Shown in pieces: positions 9,778-21,354 of a stretch of DNA of 64,000 nucleotides. The notes below the pieces were generated by a model, which was given only the letters and a program-made list of their open reading frames with translations, made no database searches and had not been told where the DNA came from. A program made the translations under genes and the position numbers. Each line of letters starts with the position of its first letter. Position 1 is the stretch's first letter. The stretch comes from an uncultured Gemmatimonadales bacterium (GTDB taxonomy: Bacteria; Gemmatimonadota; Gemmatimonadetes; Longimicrobiales; RSA9): contig CAWAMW010000017.1 in NCBI GenBank assembly GCA_963783305.1, positions 224,001 through 288,000 on the forward strand, read 5' to 3'.

Positions 9778-11040
9778 ATGGAGAGTCACGTGGACATCGC
9801 AGAACTGAAGAGCAAGACAGTGGGGGAGCTCCACGAGATGGCGGAGGAGCTCCAGATCGCGAATTATTCCGGGCTCCGGAAGCAGGACCTCATCTTCCGC
9901 ATCGAGCAGAATCTGCTGGACAGCGACGTGGTGCTCCGCGGGGAGGGCGTGCTCGAGGTGCTCCCGGAAGGCTACGGCTTCCTGCGGTCGCAGGACTGGA
10001 ACTATCTGTACGGCCCCGACGACATCTACGTGTCGCCGTCGCAGATCAAGCGATTCGACCTGAGGACGGGCGACACGATCATGGGGCAGGTCCGTCCGCC
10101 GAAGGAGGGCGAGCGGTACCTGGCGCTGCTGAAGGTGGAGGATGTCAACGGGAGCGACCCGGACAACGCCAAGCACCGGATCGCGTTCGACAACCTGCGC
10201 CCGCGGTACCCGGAGGGGCGGCTGCGGCTGGAAAAGAAGGATGGCGACCTGTCCATGCGGCTGATGGACCTCATCAGCCCCATCGGGATGGGGCAGCGGG
10301 GTCTCATTGTGTCGCCGCCCAAGGCCGGTAAGACGATCCTGCTCCAGAAGATCGCCAACGCCGTTCTGGAGAACCAGCCGGAGGTCCACCTCATCGTGCT
10401 GCTCATCGACGAGCGGCCCGAGGAGGTCACGGACATGGAGGAGCACGTTCCGGCCGAGATCATCTCCTCCACCTTCGATGAGCCGGCCGACCGGCACACG
10501 CAGGTGGCCGAGATGGTGCTGGAGAAGGCCAAGCGGCTGGTTGAGGCGGGGAAGGATGTGGTCATCCTGCTCGACTCCATCACGCGTCTCGCTCGGGCCT
10601 ACAACGTGACCGTGCCGCACTCCGGGAAGATCCTCTCCGGTGGTGTGGACGCCAACGCCCTCCACAAGCCCAAGCGGTTCTTCGGCGCCGCCCGCAACAT
10701 CGACCAGGGCGGATCCCTCACCATCATCGCCACGGCGCTGATCGAGACCGGGTCCCGGATGGACGAGGTGATCTTCGAGGAGTTCAAGGGCACGGGCAAC
10801 ATGGAGGTCGTCCTCGACCGCCACATCGCGGACAAGCGGATCTTCCCCGCCATCGACATCAATCGGTCGAGCACGCGGAAAGAAGAGCTGCTGCTCAGTG
10901 ATGACGAGCTGAACCGCGTTTACCTGCTCCGGAACTTCCTCTCCGACATGCCGGGTGCCGAGGCCCTCGAGTTCCTGCTGGAGCGGATGAGGCGGACGGA
11001 AACGAACCGGGAGTTCCTCGACAGCATGGCCAAGGGCTGA
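9778..11040 (+). CDS. rho: Transcription termination factor Rho
   Basis: [44 protein letters not shown] and STRKEELL motifs. Confidence 0.99.
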   Translation: MESHVDIAELKSKTVGELHEMAEELQIANYSGLRKQDLIFRIEQNLLDSDVVLRGEGVLEVLPEGYGFLRSQDWNYLYGPDDIYVSPSQIKRFDLRTGDTIMGQVRPPKEGERYLALLKVEDVNGSDPDNAKHRIAFDNLRPRYPEGRLRLEKKDGDLSMRLMDLISPIGMGQRGLIVSPPKAGKTILLQKIANAVLENQPEVHLIVLLIDERPEEVTDMEEHVPAEIISSTFDEPADRHTQVAEMVLEKAKRLVEAGKDVVILLDSITRLARAYNVTVPHSGKILSGGVDANALHKPKRFFGAARNIDQGGSLTIIATALIETGSRMDEVIFEEFKGTGNMEVVLDRHIADKRIFPAIDINRSSTRKEELLLSDDELNRVYLLRNFLSDMPGAEALEFLLERMRRTETNREFLDSMAKG

Positions 11041-11044
11041 GGCG

Positions 11045-11494
11045 TCAGCCGTACGCCGACGCCGTGTGGCGTCCCTCCACGAGGAGCTCGTAGGCGGCGT
11101 GCTGTGCGGCGGAAGGGTGCTGCGGGTAGCGCAGTACCAGGACGGGGGCGGCGACGGCGTCCGGAATGTAGAGGACGAGTCCTACCGCACCCACCACCCG
11201 TTCCACGGGAAGCGCGCGGCCGGTAGGGTCGAGCTCCACCGTAGTACCCGAGCCGAGCGTCCGGCCGATCATCAAACCGTACTCCGCCCAGGCGGGGAGC
11301 GCGGCCGCCCCGCCCGCCACCGCCGGCACCAGCTCTTCCTCGAAGTACCGCAGCGCCCGCTGGAAGCCCGGCTCGTCGTTCTCGCGGAGGTGCCGGAGTA
11401 CGATACGATAGAAGGGACGCGGATCCCGCTGACCCGCCTCCTCGATCGCTGCATCCAGCATGACGTCCGCACGTGCCTTCATCTCGTCGGTCAT
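11045..11494 (-). CDS. Hypothetical protein
   Basis: 149-aa ORF filling the gap, convergent with rho, with normal codon usage. Confidence 0.75.
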   Translation of the reverse strand: MTDEMKARADVMLDAAIEEAGQRDPRPFYRIVLRHLRENDEPGFQRALRYFEEELVPAVAGGAAALPAWAEYGLMIGRTLGSGTTVELDPTGRALPVERVVGAVGLVLYIPDAVAAPVLVLRYPQHPSAAQHAAYELLVEGRHTASAYG

Positions 11495-11598
11495 GGCAGG
11501 ACGATGTGCCAGCGTGCCGGCCGGGTCAAGCGGGTTTCCCTGATCAGGACGGCGGCGCTACCTTGGGTTCCCGTGTCCCGCACCGAGGAGCCGCGCCC

Positions 11599-12153
11599 AT
11601 GCCCGACGAACGCTCGATCTCCGATTTCGTACAGGCTCCCGAAGGAACGCTCCAGGACATGGGGGTCCTCGAGCTCTCCTGGGACGTTTTCGGTGAGCTC
11701 TCCCGCGCCCTGGCCGTGAACGTGGCCCGGGAGTTCGATCCCGACATCGTGATTGGGATCGTTACGGCGGGCGTGATACCGGGGGCGATCATCGCGTCCA
11801 TCCTGCGACGCGACTTCTTTACTCTCAAGATCACTCGCCGGTCGGGGATGGAGCGGGTCCACGAGCACCCCAAGCTGCTGACAGCGGCGCCGAACCAGGC
11901 GCGAGGGAAGCGCGTCCTCATCGTGGACGAGATCTGCACCACCGGTGAGACGCTCCGGATGGCGCTCGCGGCCGTCCGCGCGGTGAATCCGGCCGACATT
12001 CGCACGGCCACGAGCTTCGTCAAGTCGGGCGGATTCACACCCGACTTCTACGCCGTGGAGACTGACGCCACCGTCATCTTCCCCTGGGATCGTCAGGTGC
12101 TCGGCGACTCCGGTGAGCTGACGCAGAACCCCCGCTACGACGGCGTCCTCTAG
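11599..12153 (+). CDS. Type I phosphoribosyltransferase (purine PRT-like)
   Basis: PRPP loop VLIVDEICTTGET and IFPWD motif. GAGGAG RBS before ATG 11599. Confidence 0.88.
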   Translation: MPDERSISDFVQAPEGTLQDMGVLELSWDVFGELSRALAVNVAREFDPDIVIGIVTAGVIPGAIIASILRRDFFTLKITRRSGMERVHEHPKLLTAAPNQARGKRVLIVDEICTTGETLRMALAAVRAVNPADIRTATSFVKSGGFTPDFYAVETDATVIFPWDRQVLGDSGELTQNPRYDGVL

Positions 12154-12200
12154 AGTCCTGCCGCGGCAGCGAACGCGTCCGCCCCCCGGCCCCCAGGGAC

Positions 12201-12485
12201 CTACCGACGCGGGTCCGTGTCCCCCACGGTGTTCTCGAAAGACTTCGGGTCGTGGGCGTGATCGAAGGGCTGTGCCCGGCCGAACAGATCCGCCAGCTCG
12301 GTATCGTCCAGCTCCTCGACTCGACCGCCGCGGGAGAACTCCGCCGCCGGCACCTCCACTACTCGCCAGCCGTTCGACGAATTGGACGTACAGTGGAAGA
12401 TCAGGGGCAGCACCCCCTCGTGCGGGGCATCCTCCCCCACATAGGCGCGCCATTCGTCTCCGGCAGTATCGGTGATCTTGGCCAT
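12201..12485 (-). CDS. Hypothetical protein (94 aa)
   Basis: Compact ORF with coding-like composition and AGGA upstream. Confidence 0.75.
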   Translation of the reverse strand: MAKITDTAGDEWRAYVGEDAPHEGVLPLIFHCTSNSSNGWRVVEVPAAEFSRGGRVEELDDTELADLFGRAQPFDHAHDPKSFENTVGDTDPRR

Positions 12486-12545
12486 GTCAGGTCCGTTTCC
12501 TGCATTCGTGAATCCGGAATTCTCACCCTAACTCATGCCAGACCC

Positions 12546-13310
12546 GTGCCCGCCAAGCCTACAGTTCCACACGACCGTCCCCTGCCCCGCGGCTTTCGCC
12601 GGGCTCCGATCCTTGCACTGATGGCCGTGTTCGGACTCTCCGGCTGCGCGGGCCCGGGCGAGGATGCCGAAGCGCAGGGTCGGTCAGAGGAGGCGGCCGC
12701 GGCCGCCCGGGGGGACGGGGGCATCCGGCCGGCCACCTCCACGGACACGCTCGAGATCGAAGGGATGCGAGAGCCCATCGAGCTCCGGCTCTTCGAGGCC
12801 GGCGACGACTTCCCTCTGCCGTTCACGGCATACATCCCCCAGGACATGCGCGCCGAGGTCCACGGGGACGGCACGCTGAAGATCGTCGCCGAGTTCGGCG
12901 GGGTCCGAAACGAGAACGCCTTCATCCACTTCTACACCTTCCCCGAGGGCACGCCGTGGCAGGAGGCGCTGGCCACCGCCAAGGGGTTCAAGGCCGCACA
13001 GGGGATCCCGGTGAGCCGGGGGCTCGAGCCCCTCCAGGACGACCTTCCGCCGCCCGAGGGGCTGGCGTGGGCGGAGGAAGCGTACCGATACGTGTACGAG
13101 ACCGGGGGCCAGGCGTTCGGCGGCACGCTCGGTGTGGCCCGCCGAGAGGGCCGGGCGTTCATGATCGTCACGCACCGCCCTGTCGAATACGCCGAGGGGT
13201 TCGGCCCCCGGGCGCACATCGTCATGGAAAGCTGGCGGTGGGCCGATGGCTCCGCACTGGCGAGTGGCGAGGGGTCCGCGGAGGCCGGCTCGGCACCGCC
13301 GGTTCCGTGA
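12546..13310 (+). CDS. Putative lipoprotein (start uncertain, 12546 GTG or 12621 ATG)
   Basis: Hydrophobic stretch ending in lipobox LSGC, followed by a globular domain. Confidence 0.7.
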   Translation: MPAKPTVPHDRPLPRGFRRAPILALMAVFGLSGCAGPGEDAEAQGRSEEAAAAARGDGGIRPATSTDTLEIEGMREPIELRLFEAGDDFPLPFTAYIPQDMRAEVHGDGTLKIVAEFGGVRNENAFIHFYTFPEGTPWQEALATAKGFKAAQGIPVSRGLEPLQDDLPPPEGLAWAEEAYRYVYETGGQAFGGTLGVARREGRAFMIVTHRPVEYAEGFGPRAHIVMESWRWADGSALASGEGSAEAGSAPPVP

Positions 13311-13440
13311 TGGGGAGGGCTCCGGGCAGCGCCCTCGTTTTCGGCGGCGCCATCACCCACTACCTTCCCTGCCCGGCCGTCGGATGGCGGCGGGTCGGCG
13401 GCCACGCCGGGTCGCATGCATCGTCCAGGGGTAGTCGCAC

Positions 13441-15348
13441 ATGAGCTGGAAGATCACGGACGCGTTGGACCTCTACAACGTGGAGGGCTGGGGCATCGGC
13501 TATTTCGGGATCGACGGAGAGGGCCACCTCAACGTCCACCCTACCCGGGACCCGCAGCTGGGCCTGGACCTCTTCGAGATGGCCATGGACCTGGAGGAGC
13601 AGGGCGTCACGCTTCCGGTCCTGCTTCGATTCTCCGATATCCTGCGCGACCGGATCAAGTCGCTCACCGGGCGCTTCCGCAACGCCATGGACGAGTTCGA
13701 GTACGACGGCGGGTACTCCCTGGTCTACCCCATCAAGGTCAACCAGCAGCGGCACGTGGTGGAGGAGATCCTCTCCTTCGGCGAGGACCACGGTGTGGGC
13801 CTGGAGGTGGGGAGCAAGCCCGAGCTCATGGCCGTCCTGGCGCTGGCGGAGCGAAGCGATCACCTGATCGTCTGCAACGGCTACAAGGACGAGGAGTACG
13901 TGCGTCTCGCCCTCATGGCGCAGAAGCTCGGCCACGACGTGCTCATCGTCGTAGAGAAGATCAGCGAAGTGGGCACGGCCCTCCGCGTGGCCGAGGAGAT
14001 GGATGTCGTGCCGGGGCTGGGGGTGCGGGTCAAGCTCTCGGCCAGCGGCGCGGGGCGCTGGCACCAGTCGGCCGGGGAGCGGAGCAAGTTCGGCCTTACC
14101 GCCGCCCAGCTGGTGCGCGTGGTGGACATCCTCAGGGAGGCGGACAAGCTGGAAGCGTTCCGGATGGTCCACTTCCACATCGGCTCACAGGTGCCGGACA
14201 TCCACAACGTGAAGTCCGCCATGACCGAGGTGGGCCGCTTCTACGTCGAGCTGCGCCAGATGGGCGTGGACCTGAAGTACGTGGACGTGGGGGGTGGGCT
14301 CGGGGTGGATTACGACGGTACGCGTTCCACCGCGCCGGCGAGCGTGAACTACTCCATCCAGGAGTACGCCAACGATATCGTCTACGCGCTGGCCGTCGCG
14401 TGTCGTGAGAACGGGCTGCCCATGCCGCACATCATCTCCGAGTCGGGGCGTGCGCTCACGGCGCACCACGCGCTGCTGCTCATCAACGTCATGGACCTGG
14501 AGACGCAGATCGTCGAGGCGCCAGCGGACCTGCCCGGAGATGCCGACCCGCTGGTCCAGGAGATGGCCGGGTCGCTGAAAGAGATCGACCGCCGCGATCT
14601 GCGCGAGGTCTACCACGACGCGCAGTACATCAAGAACCAGATGAACTTCCGGTTCGCCACCGGCGTCCTGTCGCTCCGCGACCGCGCTCTCGCCGAGTCG
14701 CTGCACCTGGCCATCATGAAGCAGGTGGAGGTACGGGCGCTCCGGGACCCCGAGGAATACGAGGATATCCTGCCGGAGCTCGAAACGATCCTGACGGATC
14801 GCTATTTCTGCAATTTCTCACTCTTCCAGTCGCTGCCCGACTCGTGGGCCATCGACCAGATCTTCCCGATCATGCCGGTCCACCGGCTGGACGAGGAGCC
14901 GACGCGGCGCGGGACGCTGCAGGACGTCACCTGCGATTCCGATGGGAAGATCGACCTGTTCGCCGGCTGGCGGGAGCCGCAGCGGAGCCTGCCGCTCCAC
15001 GAGGTGCGGGCGGGGGAGGCCTACGTCCTGGGGATCCTGCTGTCGGGCGCGTACCAGGAGATCCTGGGCGACCTCCACAACCTCTTCGGCGACACCAACG
15101 CCGTCCACGTCCGGCTCTCGGACGGCGGCTACGAGATCACCGACATGGTCCTGGGCGACACCACCACCGAAGTCCTGGAGTACGTCCAGTTCGACTCGCG
15201 GAAGCTGGTCGCCACCTTCCGTCGCAAGGTCCAGAACGCCAAGCTGCCCCGGGCGGAGGCCAACGCCTTCATCGCCGATTACATCGAGGGGCTCGAGGGC
15301 TACACCTACCTGGAGGGCGAGGTGGGGCTGAGGCCCGGTACCAGCTGA
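13441..15348 (+). CDS. speA: Biosynthetic arginine decarboxylase
   Basis: PLP lysine YPIKVNQ, HFHIGSQ, DVGGGLG, SESGRA, TCDSDG and GAYQEILGDLHNLFG motifs. Confidence 0.98.
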   Translation: MSWKITDALDLYNVEGWGIGYFGIDGEGHLNVHPTRDPQLGLDLFEMAMDLEEQGVTLPVLLRFSDILRDRIKSLTGRFRNAMDEFEYDGGYSLVYPIKVNQQRHVVEEILSFGEDHGVGLEVGSKPELMAVLALAERSDHLIVCNGYKDEEYVRLALMAQKLGHDVLIVVEKISEVGTALRVAEEMDVVPGLGVRVKLSASGAGRWHQSAGERSKFGLTAAQLVRVVDILREADKLEAFRMVHFHIGSQVPDIHNVKSAMTEVGRFYVELRQMGVDLKYVDVGGGLGVDYDGTRSTAPASVNYSIQEYANDIVYALAVACRENGLPMPHIISESGRALTAHHALLLINVMDLETQIVEAPADLPGDADPLVQEMAGSLKEIDRRDLREVYHDAQYIKNQMNFRFATGVLSLRDRALAESLHLAIMKQVEVRALRDPEEYEDILPELETILTDRYFCNFSLFQSLPDSWAIDQIFPIMPVHRLDEEPTRRGTLQDVTCDSDGKIDLFAGWREPQRSLPLHEVRAGEAYVLGILLSGAYQEILGDLHNLFGDTNAVHVRLSDGGYEITDMVLGDTTTEVLEYVQFDSRKLVATFRRKVQNAKLPRAEANAFIADYIEGLEGYTYLEGEVGLRPGTS

Positions 15349-15558
15349 CGGCACGGCACCAAGCTGGGCCGGACCGGTCCATTGGCTCGCGTCCCACGTG
15401 GCACGGAAGGCAGGCTCCAGGTGCGCATCCACATCCTCCGCCGTGGCCAGCGCCCGGAGCAGGTCGGGCTCGTTCTCGTTCGGCGTGATCAGGTCGCCGC
15501 AACCCGCGAGGAGGGTCAGGAGAACACCAACCGGTAGCATCCTGCGTGGCAAGGGCAT
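14818..15558 (-). pseudogene. Lipoprotein-like ORF whose reading frame runs antisense into speA (probable truncated gene)
   Basis: AGGAGG RBS and signal MPLPRRMLPVGVLLTLLAG|C. Only about 70 codons lie outside speA. Confidence 0.45.
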
Positions 15559-15962
15559 GGCAGATTGCCTCCTGTTCGTGTAACGGGTCCTCCACCTCAT
15601 GGTACCTGCCCCGCGAGCACGCAGAGCGTTCCGGGACCATTCAGGCGAGAATCGGGGGGGTGGGGTGACGGCGACGCTTTGACATGCTGCTGCCCTCCCG
15701 TGGCGCGGGCGCGCGGGCTACCGGGGCCGCGTAAATGCGGCCACGGGTGGGGGGGTTGCTCCCTCAAAGCTAGGCGGTTGGGACCGGCCGCGGAAGGAAG
15801 CTAAGCACGAATCGGAAGCAATGCCGAATTCGACCGGGCCCGCTTGCGGCGGCCCCACTGCCTTCGCACCTTCAATTATGCCGCGCCCGCCCGGGCGCTG
15901 ACGCCGGCGCTCCGGTCGAAACGCCGCGGTACGAGCGTTCCAACCCCGAACCGGAGGTGCAG

Positions 15963-16175
15963 ATGTCGGAGAGCGTCTACAAGGTCATCGAGCTGGTGGG
16001 CACGAGCAGCGAATCCTGGGAGAAGGCGGCGAAAGCGGCGGTGGATCGGGCGGGTCAGAGCCTGGAGGACCTGCGCATCGCCGAGATCGTCGAGCTGGAC
16101 ATGCAGCTGGAAAGCGGCCAGGTCCGAGCCTACCGCGCCAAGGTGAAGGTGTCGTTCCGCTACAAGGGCGACTGA
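15963..16175 (+). CDS. Dodecin (flavin-binding)
   Basis: VYKVIELVGTSSESWEKAA and YRAKVKVSF motifs, 70 aa, GGAGGT RBS. Confidence 0.93.
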   Translation: MSESVYKVIELVGTSSESWEKAAKAAVDRAGQSLEDLRIAEIVELDMQLESGQVRAYRAKVKVSFRYKGD

Positions 16176-16228
16176 ACCGAACCGGCCATCGAGGCGGAGG
16201 TGCGACGGCGGCTGAGCGACCCCCCTGA

Positions 16229-16260
16229 CCGCATTGCCCTCAGCCCGCATTGCCCCCAGC
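16229..16260. repeat. 16-bp tandem repeat x2 (CCGCATTGCCCYCAGC)
   Basis: Directly visible. Confidence 0.8.
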
Positions 16261-16368
16261 CCGGCCCGAACATCGAGGGCCACGCCTGGTCCGCAGTCGG
16301 AAAGGGCGAGTGGGCCCGGGCCGGTTTCGGTCAGGGCCCGCTCAACTGCAACTGGCACTCGCGGACCC

Positions 16369-16412
16369 CCACTCAGGCTCACGATCACCACTCAGGCTCA
16401 CGATCACCACTC
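16369..16412. repeat. 19-bp tandem repeat x2.3 (CCACTCAGGCTCACGATCA)
   Basis: Directly visible exact copies. Confidence 0.9.
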
Positions 16413-16793
16413 CGGCGGCGCTTCCCTCGGCCGGCGCGTGTCCCGACTGGAGCCTCCGGGTTCGGGAACTGCCGCCGGGTCGCGGCCGTGAAACCCGCGC
16501 CCGCCGTGGCGGCTGAACTCGCGCGGGTAGGCGCCACGGTCTTCAGCCGCCGCGCTCCTCAGCGACGTCTGCGCTGCCGGGGAGTGGACTGCGGCGGAGG
16601 GTGTTCAGCTGCGACGGCGCGTGGCGGCGTGACGGCTGAGATCGGGCGCGGCCACCGCCTTGGTATCAGCCCCCGCGCCACCGCCACTGCCGGAGGACCG
16701 CCACCGCCGGGACCGCCACTGCCGGAGGACGCCACCCGGATGACCGCCACCCGAAATGCCGCCCTAACACTTCTCCGCCCCGGCACGGATGCC

Positions 16794-18803
<2,010 letters not shown>

Positions 18804-18850
18804 CTACTACCCTGTCCGGCTCCGGAGGTTGCGTTGAAGCGGCCGCCGCC

Positions 18851-19222
18851 TCAGCGACCCCTTCGCCCCCACCCCATCCGGCTCCTGCCCTGCCCCATTT
18901 CTTCGTCCGCCGCATCCTCGCCCGCCTGCACGAAGCGGATGCCGGCGAGCCGTCCCTTGTCGCGTCCCTCGTTCAGACGACGGCGGATGTCCGCCTCCAT
19001 CATGCGCAGCTCCATCAGCCACGCGCTCGACTTCACCGCCACGAAGAGCACGTCGTTCGTGACGTGGAGCGGCTCCGTGACGGCCGCGATCCGCTCGCCG
19101 ACACGCTCCGCCCAGTCATCCAGTGCGCTCACCTGCTCCAGGCGATTGCCGAGACCCGACCGATCCAGATACCGGGCGAGGGCCTCGGCCACCTTCATCG
19201 GCTGGTTCTCAGAGCTGGTCAT
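18851..19222 (-). CDS. DUF721/DciA family protein
   Basis: W...VGERIAAVTEP...LFVAVKSSAWLMEL pattern and the canonical position between recF and gyrB. Confidence 0.85.
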   Translation of the reverse strand: MTSSENQPMKVAEALARYLDRSGLGNRLEQVSALDDWAERVGERIAAVTEPLHVTNDVLFVAVKSSAWLMELRMMEADIRRRLNEGRDKGRLAGIRFVQAGEDAADEEMGQGRSRMGWGRRGR

Positions 19223-20382
19223 CGCGCGCCTTTCGCTTCCTCCGCCGCTCCCGCCGTGATCGAGCCGCGGGCGATCCGCCAACGGGGCAGTGCGCCCTGG
19301 CGCACTTCCACGTCCGAGTCCTTGGGTGCCGTGAGCAGGGCCTGTCCCGGCTCCCGCTCGAGCTGCTCCAGGAGCCGCTCGCTCCGGCCGGGATCCAGCT
19401 CCGCGAAAATGTCGTCCAGCAGGACGATCGGTGCGCGGCCGCGCGCCTCCCGGATCGTGGCCGCCTCCACCAGGCGGAGCGACACCGCCGCCGTCCGCTG
19501 CTGCCCCCCGGAGCCGAAGTCCCTGAGGTCGCGCTCGGTGGCGTCATCTTCCCGGACGAAGCCGAGGTCATCGCGATGGGGACCGCGCAGCGTCGTGCCG
19601 CGCTCCCATTCCCGCGCCGACAACCGCTCCAGCTCCGCGCCGAGGGCCCCTTCCATGTCGGTGTCCGGCGCCGCGGCGTCCGGCACGCTCGGCCGGTAGT
19701 CCATCCGGGCGGCCGCCTCGCCGCCGATGCGCTGGTAGCGGTCGGCAAAGCCCCGCCCCTGCGCCTGCACCCACGCGGCCCGCGCCCGCATCACCCGGGC
19801 GCCCGCCGCCACCAGCGCCCTCGTCCACGGCTCCAGCTGCGCCGCCCCCACCCGGTCCTTGAGCAGGGCGTTCCTCTGCTTGAGCGTGTGACGGTACCTC
19901 TGTATCGCGTCCAGGTACCCCGGCTCATTCAGGGACAGCACAATGTCCAGGAACCTCCGTCTCTCTCCGGGCGAGCCGGCGATGATGGCCACGTCGGTGG
20001 GTGAGAACACCACCGCGCCGATGCGGCCCAGGGCATCGCTCAGCCGCTCCGGCTCGACGCCATTCACCAGGACCTTCTTGAGACCCCGCCGCTCCTCGTA
20101 CGCGGCGGTTACCTCCAGCTCCTCGCCCGTGGCGGGGTTCTCGAACCGACCGCGGATGTGGAAGGCCTCCTGCCCGAACCGCACCAGCTGTCCGTCCGCC
20201 GCCCCCCGGAAGGAGCGGAAGATCTCGAGGTAATACAGCGCCTCAATGAGGTTGGTCTTGCCGGACCCGTTGGGACCGATGACAGCCAGACCCTCGGGTG
20301 GAAGCTCCAGATCCAGCGCCGCGAAGTTCCTGAACTGGCGTACACGCAACTCGCGGCAGACGAGGGAAGGCGGGTCAGTCAT
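19219..20382 (-). CDS. recF: DNA replication/repair protein RecF
   Basis: FRNF, GPNGSGKTN, GPHRDDL, SGGQQR and LLDDIFAELD motifs. Confidence 0.97.
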   Translation of the reverse strand: MTDPPSLVCRELRVRQFRNFAALDLELPPEGLAVIGPNGSGKTNLIEALYYLEIFRSFRGAADGQLVRFGQEAFHIRGRFENPATGEELEVTAAYEERRGLKKVLVNGVEPERLSDALGRIGAVVFSPTDVAIIAGSPGERRRFLDIVLSLNEPGYLDAIQRYRHTLKQRNALLKDRVGAAQLEPWTRALVAAGARVMRARAAWVQAQGRGFADRYQRIGGEAAARMDYRPSVPDAAAPDTDMEGALGAELERLSAREWERGTTLRGPHRDDLGFVREDDATERDLRDFGSGGQQRTAAVSLRLVEAATIREARGRAPIVLLDDIFAELDPGRSERLLEQLEREPGQALLTAPKDSDVEVRQGALPRWRIARGSITAGAAEEAKGAR

Positions 20383-20505
20383 GCGGAAACAAAGCTAGCG
20401 CGCGTGTGCGCGTGAGGCAAACGCCGCAGAGGTCCGCCGGGCCGTGCGCGGGCCAGGCGACCGAACGCCTTCCGGCCGAACCGGGCGCGGTCGCGCGCAG
20501 AGCCG

Positions 20506-21291
20506 CTACTTCCCTTCGAACGCCGCCTCCCTCTTCTCCAGGAACGCGCTCATCCCCTCGCGCATGTCGTCCGTGGCCGCGAGCAGACCGAACAGGTGCG
20601 ATTCCAGACCGAGGCCTTCGTCGATGCCCGTCTCGAGGCTCCTGTCCACCGCCTCCAGCGCGAAGCGCAGGGCAATGGGGCCATTCTTCAGGATCGCGTC
20701 CAGAAGCTCCTCCGCGGCCGCGCGGGTCTCGCCGGCAGGAACGACCTTGTTCACCAGCCCCATCTCGTAGGCCCTCTCGGCGCCCACCATTTCCCCCGTC
20801 AGGATCATCTCCAGCGCCCGCCCGCGACCTACGATCCGCGGAAGCCGCACGGTGCCGCCATAGCCGGGGATGATCCCCAGCTTCACCTCCGGCAGCCCGA
20901 ACCGGGCCTTCTCCGATGCCACGCGCAGGTGGCACGACAGCGCGAGCTCCATCCCGCCGCCGAGCGCATACCCATTCACCCCGGCGATCACCGGCTTGCC
21001 CATCCGCTCGAGCCGCCGGAAGGCCTCCTGCCCCTGCCGCGATACGCCGATCCCGTCGATCGGTCCCATCTTCGCCAGCTCGGCGATATCGGCGCCCGCG
21101 ACGAACGCCTTGTCCCCGTCGCCCGTCACGACCAGGCCCCGGACGGCGGGGTCATCCGCCAGGTCGCGGAACGCAGCATCGAGCTCACCGATGGTCTCGG
21201 CGTTCAGCGCGTTCAGCTTTTCGGGACGGGAGATGATGACGGTGGCGCGGCCCTGTGCCCGCTCCACGCGGATGGTCCTGTAATCGGCCAT
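20506..21291 (-). CDS. Enoyl-CoA hydratase/crotonase
   Basis: RPEKLNAL, FVAGADI, ALGGGMEL and FGLPEVKLGIIPG motifs. Confidence 0.95.
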   Translation of the reverse strand: MADYRTIRVERAQGRATVIISRPEKLNALNAETIGELDAAFRDLADDPAVRGLVVTGDGDKAFVAGADIAELAKMGPIDGIGVSRQGQEAFRRLERMGKPVIAGVNGYALGGGMELALSCHLRVASEKARFGLPEVKLGIIPGYGGTVRLPRIVGRGRALEMILTGEMVGAERAYEMGLVNKVVPAGETRAAAEELLDAILKNGPIALRFALEAVDRSLETGIDEGLGLESHLFGLLAATDDMREGMSAFLEKREAAFEGK

Positions 21292-21354
21292 TTCGCGGCT
21301 CTCGGTGTCTGGTGGAATGTCGTGGCGGGAATATAGGCCGGGTGAGCGCCGGTC

